Source: Octopus bimaculoides (Eukaryota). From it: a DNA stretch of 64,000 nt. Position 1 is the first letter of the stretch. Each line of letters opens with the position of its first letter. The DNA lies in contig NC_068984.1 of NCBI RefSeq assembly GCF_001194135.2, positions 130,880,823 through 130,944,822 on the forward strand, in the 5' to 3' direction. The notes under the pieces are model-generated. The model saw nothing but the letters and a program-made list of their open reading frames with translations. It made no database searches and was not told the DNA's origin. Shown here piece by piece: positions 1-30,865 of this stretch. Both the position numbers and the translations under genes were made by a program.

Positions 1-849
1 TCGGATTGAAAATCTTTATAAAATATTCTTGTGAGTTTCATAATAGATCTTTTTCTTCCTTTATTTCGAAAAAGAGAATATTTCAAATTTCTTATTCGTA
101 CAAATGTCTAAATGTTATACTACATGGAACATTCGTAACAGCAGCTAGCCTTTGTTAGATTTTTGCTTTCTTGTTTATGTATCCTGATTCGGTTCATTAT
201 TCCTGTTTGTCCGATATAGTTCTCATTGCACTGCGGATTTGTGATGCAGTGAATATGATTTTTTTTTTTTTTTCACTTTATATCTGCGTTGACCTTCAAT
301 TCCTGCCTATTCTTGAACTTCTTGATTTTACTCTTTTCAATTAAATAACACGTCCCACAACGAAGGTGTCCACATTTCGCAACCTGCATTATTTCTTCTT
401 CCTAAGTAAATTTCGACTTTGTTAAGAAACTTTTATTTGGCAGTTGTCTTTTCTGAGACTTGATGATCGCTGTAGAAATGAAATTGTTAGTTTCCCGAAA
501 GTAGGACGCTGCAGTTTATTGGATTATGGATAACTACAAATTGAACATTTCTGTTTGTGTTTTCTGTATCATCTCATTCTGGTACACACCGCAGATTTGA
601 AGAATAATCCTCAATATGTGGCTCTTCGTTAGTTTATTGACGCTGGAAAGATGAAAATGTATGTCCGACTCTGTTAGTCTGCAAAGGAAGATAATCTAAT
701 TCAACGGAGAGCAGTCTACCATTTATGTTACTCTGCCGCTCTTTGCGTTTCAAAATATCAATTTCTAATACCGGAGCAAGACCTCAAATTTGTGAGGATA
801 GGTGTAGTCAGAGAAACTAACTCCAGTACTCAAGTGGCAATTATATTGT

Positions 850-1389
850 CAACTCAGTCTGGTACTTATTCGCTTTTTTTTTACGAACCGCTAAGTCACT
901 GGGACGTAGCAGACCAACATCGGTTGTCAGTCGGTGAGAGGCAGACAAAACACGCACGCGCGCACGCACACACACGCACCCCTCCCACACACGTACATAT
1001 ATATATATATATACGACAGGTTTCTCTCAGTTTCTTATTTCTTTATTGCCCCACAAGGGGCTAAACATAGAGGTGACAAACAAGGACAGACAAAGGGATT
1101 AAGTCGATTACATCGACCCCAGTGCGTAACTGGTACTTAATTTAACGACCCCGAAAGATAAAAGGCAAAGTCGACCTCGGCGGAATTTGAACTCAGAACG
1201 TAACGGCAGACGAAATACCGCAAAGCATTTCGTCCGGCGTGCTAACGTTTCTGCCAGCTCGCCGCCTTAACTGGCTTCTCTCAGTTTCTGTCTACTAAAT
1301 CCACTCACAAAGTTTTCGTCGGGCCGGAGCAGTAGGTTTAAATCCGAAACCAAACGGTTGGGAAGTAGGCTTCCGACCAAACAGCCATG
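850..1389 (-). mobile_element. Type A (CORE-like) tRNA SINE, host of the 1036-1268 insertion, truncated by the gap
   Basis: gaaccgctaag...atatacgacagg..cagtttct / tctactaaatccactcacaa...aaacagccatg matches the copies at 21023 and 34643. Confidence 0.75.
1036..1268 (-). mobile_element. Young tRNA-derived SINE (type B) nested in a type A SINE
   Basis: Minus-strand head aaggcggcgagctggcag...gagttcaaattccgcc (A/B boxes), body gactttgccttttatctttcggggtcgtt; flanked by about 20 bp TSD (1016-1035 and 1270-1289, 14 bp exact). Confidence 0.9.
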
Positions 1390-2088
1390 NNNNNNNNNNN
1401 NNNNNNNNNNNNNNNNNNNNNNNNNNNNNNNNNNNNNNNNNNNNNNNNNNNNNNNNNNNNNNNNNNNNNNNNNNNNNNNNNNNNNNNNNNNNNNNNNNNN
1501 NNNNNNNNNNNNNNNNNNNNNNNNNNNNNNNNNNNNNNNNNNNNNNNNNNNNNNNNNNNNNNNNNNNNNNNNNNNNNNNNNNNNNNNNNNNNNNNNNNNN
1601 NNNNNNNNNNNNNNNNNNNNNNNNNNNNNNNNNNNNNNNNNNNNNNNNNNNNNNNNNNNNNNNNNNNNNNNNNNNNNNNNNNNNNNNNNNNNNNNNNNNN
1701 NNNNNNNNNNNNNNNNNNNNNNNNNNNNNNNNNNNNNNNNNNNNNNNNNNNNNNNNNNNNNNNNNNNNNNNNNNNNNNNNNNNNNNNNNNNNNNNNNNNN
1801 NNNNNNNNNNNNNNNNNNNNNNNNNNNNNNNNNNNNNNNNNNNNNNNNNNNNNNNNNNNNNNNNNNNNNNNNNNNNNNNNNNNNNNNNNNNNNNNNNNNN
1901 NNNNNNNNNNNNNNNNNNNNNNNNNNNNNNNNNNNNNNNNNNNNNNNNNNNNNNNNNNNNNNNNNNNNNNNNNNNNNNNNNNNNNNNNNNNNNNNNNNNN
2001 NNNNNNNNNNNNNNNNNNNNNNNNNNNNNNNNNNNNNNNNNNNNNNNNNNNNNNNNNNNNNNNNNNNNNNNNNNNNNNNNNNNNNNNN
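1390..2088. other. Assembly gap (other gaps: 23424-24377, 30305-30492, 41252-41417, 43527-43536, 51466-51488, 57133-57901)
   Basis: Runs of N, mostly abutting microsatellites or repeats. Confidence 1.
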
Positions 2089-2357
2089 TGATTCAGAAAA
2101 CGATAATAATAATATTTTTTATTATAAATTATCTTTACATTCTTTTTACTTTACATAAAATATTCTTTACATTCTACTGTTGTTTTATTGCCATTTATTT
2201 ACGAGTATTATAAATTTTATAGGTAAAATATTTTTCTGAGAACGATTTACGATTTATAACATTGCTACAATGGGAACATTATTGCTCTGTTTTACGAGTT
2301 TTCGCTTTACGAGCGCTCTCCAGGAACAAATTAACTCATATATCGAGGCTTTACTGT
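2089..2357. mobile_element. Right end of a pogo/Tigger-like MITE (left end in gap)
   Basis: Ends ...tatcgaggctttactg followed by TA, the reverse complement of a CAGTANNCCTCG-type TIR. Confidence 0.5.
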
Positions 2358-2361
2358 ATAT

Positions 2362-2649
2362 GAGGGCTGGTCAACCTGAGGCCCGCAGACTTTTATCTTG
2401 CGGCCCGCTTGATACTTTCTTGAAGTATTGTGTTTAATTTCAAAACAAAATTATTTGTGTAAAACATTTGTTTCAAAATAAAATTAAAATTTATAAGTTG
2501 CAATAAAGCAATAATTTTAAACAAACGGAAAGTATGAAAAATTCTTGATTCTGTAATTTGATTATTTGTCTATTAGGTATACAAGCGGTCCTCAAAAGAC
2601 ATGTTGTGATTAAAGTGGCCCGCAATGTAATTCGAGTTGGCCAGGCCTG
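2362..2649. mobile_element. hAT (Charlie-like) MITE, 288 bp
   Basis: 8-bp TSD ctgtatat at 2354-2361 and 2650-2657; imperfect TIRs gagggctggtcaac / gttggccaggcctg; ggcccgc subterminal repeats. Confidence 0.85.
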
Positions 2650-3429
2650 CTGTATATAAATAAGTGAGTTCTTTCATGCGAATAAAAGATAAAACATGTA
2701 TAAGATCTGCCTGGTTCATTTATTATTGAAAACAATAATACGACAGTAACCCAATGTCCAGATTGTTCTACTGAGCAGATAATAGTAGCTGCAATCTTTC
2801 TCAACTCTCACTCTCTGTTTCTTAGAAAATTCTGCCATTAAATGACCAACGTACCTAATTACCTGCTATTACTGACAAGAGCCATGGATAGCTGTGTCAA
2901 CAGAGTACTGGACAATCGGTCAAGTGAGTTGCTATGTGTGTATCCTGTCACCAGTGATTACTGGTTGACCTTGGGAGAAAAGGCTCGGATGTGATGTACT
3001 TTATGATGGAACATCACAGACAGAAGCTGAAGGGGAAACAAGGAAAATACACTTCGGTGATGTTGTCTTCCAGAATATTACTTTTGAAAAAAGAGTAATT
3101 AAGAAATAAAAAAAAAAGCATACAAGGAAAGAACTTAAATAGCAGAGCGTTAAAGTATTAGTTTAGAAATAAATTTTGAATACTTAGAAATGAAATATTC
3201 GCTTCACATTTTGTCCCAAGGCCAATATTTTCGAAGGCGGGGGCAAGTCGATTACATAGTAAATGTCAGAGAAAAAATTCCGAAATCACGTAATTATGTA
3301 TCTTGTTTTGAAGGAAAACTGAATGTCTCGAAAGAACTCCTCACTCTAAATGCACATCTGAGACACGCCTGTAGTACGTGTGAATGTACACCAGATCATT
3401 CAGTCTGAGTCGTGACACCAGACATTCCT

Positions 3430-4470
3430 GCTGTCTACTTTCCTTCGACCCTCCCCCTCTCTCTGTGCAACCTTGTGCTCGCCCATTGCACATTCATCAT
3501 TTGAATCGACAGTTTTTCGATGTTCTGATCAACACTTAAACGTGTAAATGTCTTGAATTTTCCTCGCATCACTCCTAAACTTGATACACTGCTACAGGGT
3601 GCTTGAATACTTACCCCTCTCTTGCATTAAGCGTTCGATCTTAGGGGGTTTCGTCTCTTTCCATTCACACGTACTACAGATGTGTCCCTACGTGATTTCG
3701 GACTGTTTCCTTGACATTTACTATGACAATGGCCTTTCAGGCTTAAATACATTTTACGACCGCTGTACCACATTAAAATTTATCACTTCTGAACTTTCCC
3801 ACCTTACTGAACTTATCTCTACTTCAAAGTACTTCTCTTTCTCCGCTGATTTATAACAGATGAATGGGGTGTCAATAAGTACTAAGATATACCTCAATTA
3901 TGCGAATTTGTTTTTAACCTCAATAAATTCCATTCTTTCACTCGTATTACTTGACTGATCCCTCTGTTATACGGCCGTTACACAGATGACTGCGTTGGTA
4001 CCACATCATTAACCTTAGAGCAACTCTTACTTTTCCTATCTTTATCAATAATTATCACTTCAATCTGGAATTTATGTCCACCTTTTCTAACACATCCATG
4101 AACTTTCTAGATATCTCTGTCCCTAATGACATCTTCACGTACTCTACATAGCTCTGCTACAAAAGTTCAGGCTCTCAGTCTTACGACTTTTCTTCTTTGC
4201 ATCTTCTTTTCACATTTACTCTGGCAGCACCATCGCTTTTGCCAATCGCTTCTTTCACAGTTATCTCCTATCTTACCTGACCTAGTTTGCACTGTCTCCC
4301 TCGTTTCAACTGACCTTGCTTTTGATATAGACTTTGACTACTCCTCCGTCACTACATACACTAGCTCTTCCCAGCCCCTCTCCTCACAAGATATTAAGGC
4401 TTTTCAAATTTTCTCTGAAGAAGGACAACTGTCCAAAACGTTAGATCGTTCACTTCTCAAGGTAAATCAA
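3430..4470 (+). mobile_element. Decayed Penelope-like element reverse transcriptase remnant
   Basis: Fragmentary translations LTELISTSKYFSF, L*QMNGVSISTKIYLNYANLF, LYGRYTDDCVG (3979-3990 = YTDD) and NFLDISV resemble PLE RT motifs; stops and frameshifts present. Confidence 0.7.
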
Positions 4471-4559
4471 CTTAGTGGAATTTATTTTTCTTCCATAAAT
4501 TTTTTAAATGGTCCTATCTGTTTTGGTACCTAACCAAAAGGAACCAATATTTTACATGG

Positions 4560-5595
4560 TTCTGTAATCCATCTGGCAATAATAACATTATTTCTGCTTA
4601 AGACACAAGTCCTAAAGTTTTGAAAAGAAAGAGTAAGAACTGGCCTGCCACCACCACACACACACACTTGACAAGTATTTTATTGACCCCAAACAGATGA
4701 GAGGCATAGTTAACCTTGGTGGGATTTGAAATCAGAACCTAAAGAACCAGAACAAATACCACAAAACATTTTTTCAATGCACTACCGATTCTGGCAATAA
4801 TAATCGTTTCGCATTTAGGCACAAGGTCAGTAATTTTGAAAGAAAAGGGTCAGTGGATGCCATGATGCCAGGGACTTAACTGGTATTTTATTTTATTGAC
4901 TTTGGTGGGAAGAGAGGCAAAACTGTCCTTGATAGGATTTGAACTCAGAATGTAAAGAGCCAGAAGGAATACAGCAAAGCAATTTTCTAATGCCCCAATG
5001 ATTCAGCCAATCCACCAGAGAAACAAAAGCAAGTTGACCTCAGTACGATTTGAGCTCACAAGAAATTCTGCAAAGCAGTTTTCCCCAACTCACTAATGAT
5101 TCTGCCAAATTATTGCCCTGACAATAATAATAATAATAATAATAATAATCCTTTCTGTTATAGACACAAGGCCTGAAATTTGGGGGGAGGAGACTAGTCG
5201 ATTACATCGTCCCCAGTGCATAACTGGTACTTCTTTAATCAACCCCCGAAAGGATGAAAGGTAAATTTGAACTCAGAATGGAGCAATGGGTGAAATACTG
5301 CTAAGCATTTCGTCCAACACTTTAACAATTCTGCCAGCTCACCACCTTATATAATAATAATAATAATAATAATAATTATAATGAATTCAAATTTTGGCAC
5401 AAGGCCAGCAAGTTTGAGGGAGATGGTGGTGCTGAAGGGCTAGTCGATTACATTGACTTCAGTACTCAACTGGTACTTATATATTTGACCCCGAAAGTCG
5501 ATCTGGGCAGAATTTGAACTTAGAACATAAAGATGGGGAAAATGCCACTTAGTATTTTGCCCAGCATGCAGACATTTCTGCCAGCTCACCACCCT

Positions 5596-5641
<46 letters not shown>

Positions 5642-6740
5642 TACAACAACTACTGTATATATTTTAAAATTTATTTCATATAATCAAAATTATACAAAAA
5701 TTAAATTTTTTTTTTTATTTATTTAGTTGTAAATTGATAAAGTAGAGCAGAGTCTTAACATAAAGCACAGACTTTTCCATAAGAGGAGAGCTTTCCAATT
5801 TTGATGATGAATGGTGGATATTTCTAAGACAAACTGACCAAATAATGGAAAAAAACTGAAGTAACAAAGACAAAAAAAAAAAAAAAAATTAAATAACTGG
5901 TGCACAATAACAATAGTTTCTAGTGCAGGCACAAGGCCTGAAATCTTAAGGAGCAAGGGAGTTGTTTGATATCATTGACTCAAGTACATGACTGGTACTT
6001 TATTGTATTGAACTTCCCCCAAAGGTAAAAAATGATTCGGTGGGATTTGAACTTAGAATATAAAGAGCCAAAACATACTGCAAAGAATTTGTAGTCTGAT
6101 TGATGCTCTAATGATTTTTGCCAATCCACCATCTTGTACAATGATAATGATTTTTTCTAATTTAGGCACAAGGCCAAAAGTTTTGAGAAGAGAAAAGCTG
6201 GTCAGTACCATTGAAAAGCATTTGTCTGATGCTCAAATAGTTCTGCCAAACCATCACCTCGCATAACAACCACCACCACCAAAAAAAAAAAAAAATAATA
6301 ATAATAATAATGGTTTCAAATTTTGGCACAAGGTCAGCAATTTTAGGCAAGGGGCTTAGTCAATTACATTGACCTCAGTAGTCAACAGGTACTTATTTTA
6401 TCAGCCCTAAAAGGATAAAAAGGCAAAAATTGACCCTGGGTGGGATTTGAACTCAGAGCATAACTGAAAGAAATGCCGCTAAACATTTTTGTCCAACATG
6501 CTAATGAGTCTGCCAGCTCATTGCCTTCATAATAATCCTTGGTACTATAGGTACAAAGCCTGAAATTTTGGGAGCAGGGGCCAGTTGATTAACTCAGCCC
6601 CACTGATTAACTGATGCTTATTTTATCAACCCTGGAAGGATGAAAGCAAAGACAACCTTGGCTGAATTTGAACCCAGAATATAAAGACAGAAGAAATTAC
6701 ACAAAGCATTTTGAAATGATTCTGCCAGCTTGCTACTTTG

Positions 6741-6775
<35 letters not shown>

Positions 6776-7148
6776 CTTTTCTACTATAGACACAAGGCCT
6801 GAAGTTTTGGAGGAGGGGGTAAGTCGATTACATCGACCTCAGTGCGTAACTGGTACTTATTTCACTGACCTTGAAAGGATGAAAGGCAAAGTCAACCTCG
6901 GCGGAATTTGAACTCAGAACGTAGCGGTGGGCAAAATAGTTAAGCATTTTGCCCAATGTACTAATGATTCTGCCAGCTTGCAGTCTTAATAATAATAATA
7001 ATAATAACAATCCTTTCTACTATAGGCACAAGACCTGAAATTTTGGAGGAGGGGGCAAATGATTATATCGACCCCAGTGTGTAACTGGTACTTGTTTCAC
7101 CGACCTTGAAAGGATGAAAGGCAAAGTCAACCTCGGCAGAATTTCAAC

Positions 7149-7200
<52 letters not shown>

Positions 7201-7822
7201 CCTTTCTATTTTTAGGTGCAAGGCCTAAAATTTTGGGTACTTAATTTATCAACCCTGAAAAGGATGACAGGCGAAGTCGACTTCAGTGAAATAATAATAA
7301 TAATAATAATAATAATTTCAAATTTTGGCACAAGGCCAGCAATTTTGGAGAGGGGATAAATCACTTACATTAACCTCAGTGCTTAACTGGTACTTATTTC
7401 ATTGACCCCAAAAGGGATGAAAGGCAAAGTCAACCTCAGTGGAATTTGAACTCAGGGTGTAAGAATAGACGAAATGTCAGAGCATTTTGCCCAGCATAAA
7501 CACAGGGCCTGAAGTTTTGGGGAAATGAATCTAGTTGATTACATTGACTCTAGCACTCAGCAGGTACCTATTTTTATTTCTTTATTGCCCACAAGGAGCT
7601 AAACATAGAGGGGACAAACAAGGACAGACAAAGGGATTAAGTCGATTACATTGACCCCAGTACGTATCTGGTACTTAATTTATCGACCCCGAAAGGATGA
7701 AAGGCAAAGTCAACCTCGGCGGAATTTGAACTCAGAACGTAACGGCAGACGAAATACCACTAAGCATTTCGCCCGGTGTGCTAATGTTTCTGCCAGCTCA
7801 CCGCCTTGCAGGTACCTATTTT
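4560..7822 (-). repeat. Stack of about 14 full and partial type B SINE copies, same orientation, mostly separated by (AAT)n tails
   Basis: Recurring unit (aat)n-ggcacaagg-gtcgattacatcgacc-actggtactta-gaaaggatgaaaggcaaagtc-gaatttgaactcagaa-ctgccagctc, about 200-250 bp when full length. Confidence 0.9.
7575..7807 (-). mobile_element. Young type B SINE inserted into an older copy
   Basis: 15-bp TSD gcaggtacctatttt at 7560-7574 and 7808-7822; highly similar to 1036-1268. Confidence 0.92.
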
Positions 7823-8341
7823 ATCTTGACATAAAATTATGTGTGTGTGTGTATATATATATACATACACACATGTGCGTATACACATGCATATATATAC
7901 ATATGCACACACATAATTTTTATAGCAGATGACACTTCAACACAAGATTTGAAACTTAATGCTATCTTAAAACAGTTTCTCAGCTTATTGTGCCCCATCA
8001 TAACAATAAAACCCCACTCCACAGAGAGAAAGATAAAGGAAAATGAATGCAAATGGAAGACAAAGCTTCAAGTTCAGCAGTAAGAATAAAGAATTGAAAC
8101 ACAAAACTTGCACCAAGAAATCTCAGAGCTTTGATTACTGTCTTCCAGTTTAATATTGACTGGAAGAATAATTTATACTTAAAAATATTGTTTGATGTGT
8201 GTGCACTGAGGCATATATCAGTAAGAAATATATTATATAACAAAAAGTGTAAAGCAAGCTACAATGGCTGAAATCAAAATGTTGTGAGTTACACAAACAG
8301 TCTATGTAAGAAGCGAGTGTTCAAGAGAGAGAGAGAGAGAG

Positions 8342-8372
<31 letters not shown>

Positions 8373-8989
8373 ACATACGCATCTGAGGGAGAGAGAAAAG
8401 CGGATAGAATTTAAGTCAGATAATATACTCAAATCTTCAGTTATTGTAAGTTTGACAAAACTGGAGCTGGCTAGTCACCATAGTCACCAGACACTGATGC
8501 CTGGGGGTGCTTCAGAATATTCTTGGTGGCCATTAATTTGTATTGCAGGGGAAGGTTTTTGTAAACTGTATTTACTAAACCTGAGGGTGCATCATTGAAT
8601 AGTGAGCGGGGGCAGTGCTGCCAAGTGCTCCCCTTAGTGATGGGCATGTTTTAACACATATCCAAACTTTTACTAGCTAAACTCTTCTTTAATCCCATAA
8701 CTAAATGCTAGATGGTGTGTGTATCTTAAAGTAGGGGGGATTTACTCCAGAAGGAACATGTAATTAAATCTGCTCAGTCTGAGATCTTGAGTAATTCTTA
8801 AAAAACATAACTTTTGAGCAAGCTGATAGAATAGATCAGTAATGAGCAAAGGTCCACGACAGTTTCTGAATGGCACACCTGTTGAAAAATTACCTTAAAC
8901 ATTTTTTTAGTATCGTGGCCCACCTGATGATGAGTAAAGTCTCATGCAGCCCCACTTCTTGGAAATGGTTGCTCATGCCTGGAATAGAT

Positions 8990-9051
8990 CAACAAATAAT
9001 GAAGAGAACAATAGAAATTAGGTCTGTAGTTTTAAACTGAAGAGCTTTAAT
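8990..9051 (-). terminator. Candidate STT3A polyadenylation signal (ATTAAA at 9051-9046 plus downstream U-rich element)
   Basis: ATTAAA about 140 nt after the stop, followed on the minus strand by aatttctattgtttctcttcattatttgtt; other candidates exist further downstream. Confidence 0.3.
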
Positions 9052-9189
9052 GAAAACATCAGGAATTTGTTTGATATTGTGCGATATGTCTGAGATGTAA
9101 ATGAAATGAAGAACTTCTTAGATTTGTCTTTCAGCAGATGAATGCTAGCGACTTGCTCTACAGAACATTACTTTTGCTCACTTGCATCG

Positions 9190-28528
<19,339 letters not shown>

Positions 28529-29679
28529 TTTGTTTCCTCTCTGCGAAAAAAAGAAAAAAAATGTAAAATTTAATTTTTTTTTTTTTATTGTGATATTTTC
28601 TCTTTAGAACCCTTGAACTACAATATCACAGCAGCACACTTCAAAAATCTCGAAGAAACAATGCAGAACTCTCTAACCTCAATACTTTGCAGAACTCAAC
28701 ATTATGCTGTAGGGCTCTCCCCACACAACACCATACTATAAGTAGAAATGGTAAAAGCTGATCTCTCAGATGACAAAAATATGTGGCAAAATACTGAGTT
28801 TGAGAAGATGATGATGATGATGAAGACCATGTCAATCCATGCAAGTATGCAAAAATGGAGAGAAAAATGATAATGATGATAGTGAAACACAAAATGACTT
28901 ACAACTCCAATAATCGGTTAACAACACCAAGGTGGAATCAAAAAAACACTCAACGTTTTATAATGCTCATGAAGCAGAGGTATGGCTATTACAGTGTTAA
29001 TGCAAAACTGGTTGTGGATGACTTAAGTCTAGCAGCCTCAACTAGTTTAAACTGAAATTCTTTGCATCAAGAAGCATCAATGCAAAAAAAAAAAAAAAAA
29101 TAACAGATGTACTATATCATAGAACAAATCGAGATTTTTCAGTAAAAAAAGTTGTAGTGGTGAAGGGAAAATAAAGCCTGAACAAAGAATTATCTTAGAC
29201 AGGTCAAAATTTGGACCTAAAGCCAAAACAAGGAGAATCAGATAATGATTTTTCTGCTAAGGTTCAATACTCTTGATTCTTTATGTAAATTCTCATGATT
29301 AAAAATGGCCCAGAAGCAGAGTTTATAAAGTTTTTTTTTTCATTAATGGAATCAGTTGAGCTCAGACAAAAATAAAAAAAAACTTTATCTAAAGTGTCCA
29401 TCTCAGACATAAATAGCTTTGCTGTAATGGCGTAGCCAGCATGAACAATTGCTCTTGAATCTGTAATATAAGTAGGATTTCATACAGAATTATTTTATAC
29501 AACAATCAAGGACTCTCACCAAAGGACATTTAGCAAACAGGAAGTAAAAGCAAAACTAGTAGCTGTGGACCACCATATTCTTGTAGGTCTTGTCTTGCAC
29601 ATAAGAACTACTACCTTAGTAGTAGTAGACTGGGCTACTTTCAGCAAATCCTGCAGGTCAACAAAACATTGGACTGATT

Positions 29680-29926
29680 CCTGTGCAGGTAGCACGTAAA
29701 AAAACACCATTTGAGCATGGCCGTTGCCAGTATCGCCGGACTGGCCCTCGTGCCGGTGGCACATAAAAAGCACCCACTACACTCTCAGAATGGTTGGCGT
29801 TAGGAAGGGCATCCAGCTGTAGAAACTCTGCCAAATCAGATTGGAGCCTGGTGCAGCCATCTGGTTTCACCAGTCCTCAGTCAAATCATCCAACCCATGG
29901 AAAGCGGACATTAAACGACGATGATG
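29680..29926 (+). mobile_element. Type D retroelement 3' end
   Basis: Highly similar to 14450-14695; tail aaacgacgatgatga. Confidence 0.8.
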
Positions 29927-30019
29927 AAAATTTACACTGGGTTCTTAGTAAATTGAATGGTTACTTAGTTGGAATGAAAATGGATCCTAGGGTAGCATAC
30001 ACCATTGTTCTGGGTTCAC

Positions 30020-30865
30020 TGTAAGAATTATCATTGATCATCAAAGTCACTGATAGATACTTAATTTCTAGCAGCGGGAAGTTTAGACAGTGTCATGTGA
30101 CAACTTGCTGGTGCTGCCTACTGGACCCTAGCAGCGGGAAATTTAGACAGTGTCATGTGACAACTAGCCGGGGCTGCCTGCTGGAGCCTAGCAGCAGATA
30201 TAAAAAGGGGAACTTGACATGACGATCAGTCGGACGCTGACACTCGTTGATGCTGCATCGAAGAGGCCAGGGAATAGAAGAAAGAAGACATACACCCAAC
30301 ACCANNNNNNNNNNNNNNNNNNNNNNNNNNNNNNNNNNNNNNNNNNNNNNNNNNNNNNNNNNNNNNNNNNNNNNNNNNNNNNNNNNNNNNNNNNNNNNNN
30401 NNNNNNNNNNNNNNNNNNNNNNNNNNNNNNNNNNNNNNNNNNNNNNNNNNNNNNNNNNNNNNNNNNNNNNNNNNNNNNNNNNNNNNNNNNNNAGCTAACT
30501 GGATCCTAATCCACCAAGGGAAGGTATGTCAGAAGAAAGTAATACAACAACGCGGGTTGATGAACCGTAAGACGTGTGGCCAGAACCTCCTGGAAAATAA
30601 CCATAGCGAGGGACATTCTACAGTTGAATTAGAACAGTCACAAACAGTGAAAAAAGACATGCACCCAACACCAGAGCTGAAGACACCTCCGAAAGGGGGT
30701 GGCCCCGCCACGTCAAAACGGTAGAGGAGTAGGGGCCGAAACCGGACGTGGTTCCTTCTGATGATGTCTTGAGCTAACTGGATCCCATAAAGGAGCTGTT
30801 GTGGTAGCAGACCACGAAACATGGTTGAAATTCCTGATGGTTCAACAGTAAAGTTAGTTGTCACA
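30020..30865 (+). mobile_element. Possible LTR-like element with internal tandem repeats
   Basis: TGT...ACA ends, 60-bp tandem unit x2 (30068-30187), TATAAAAAGGGG near 30199, cccaacacca / agctaactggatcc duplicated across the gap; no clean TSD found. Confidence 0.3.

Noticed and set aside
1-790. CpG-retaining unique sequence at the window start
   Set aside because: Could be a promoter-proximal region of a neighbouring gene, but no exon or element can be delimited from this window.
1358-2158. Long ORFs crossing N runs (also 23314-24620, 30219-30509, 40902-41505, 56987-57969)
   Set aside because: Their length comes from untranslatable N gaps; only the RTE part (24378-24694) and the R4-like part (40860-41165) carry recognisable protein signal.
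4560-7822. CRISPR-like repeat/spacer appearance
   Set aside because: Eukaryotic context, units about 200-250 bp and variably truncated, no unique spacers, no cas genes.
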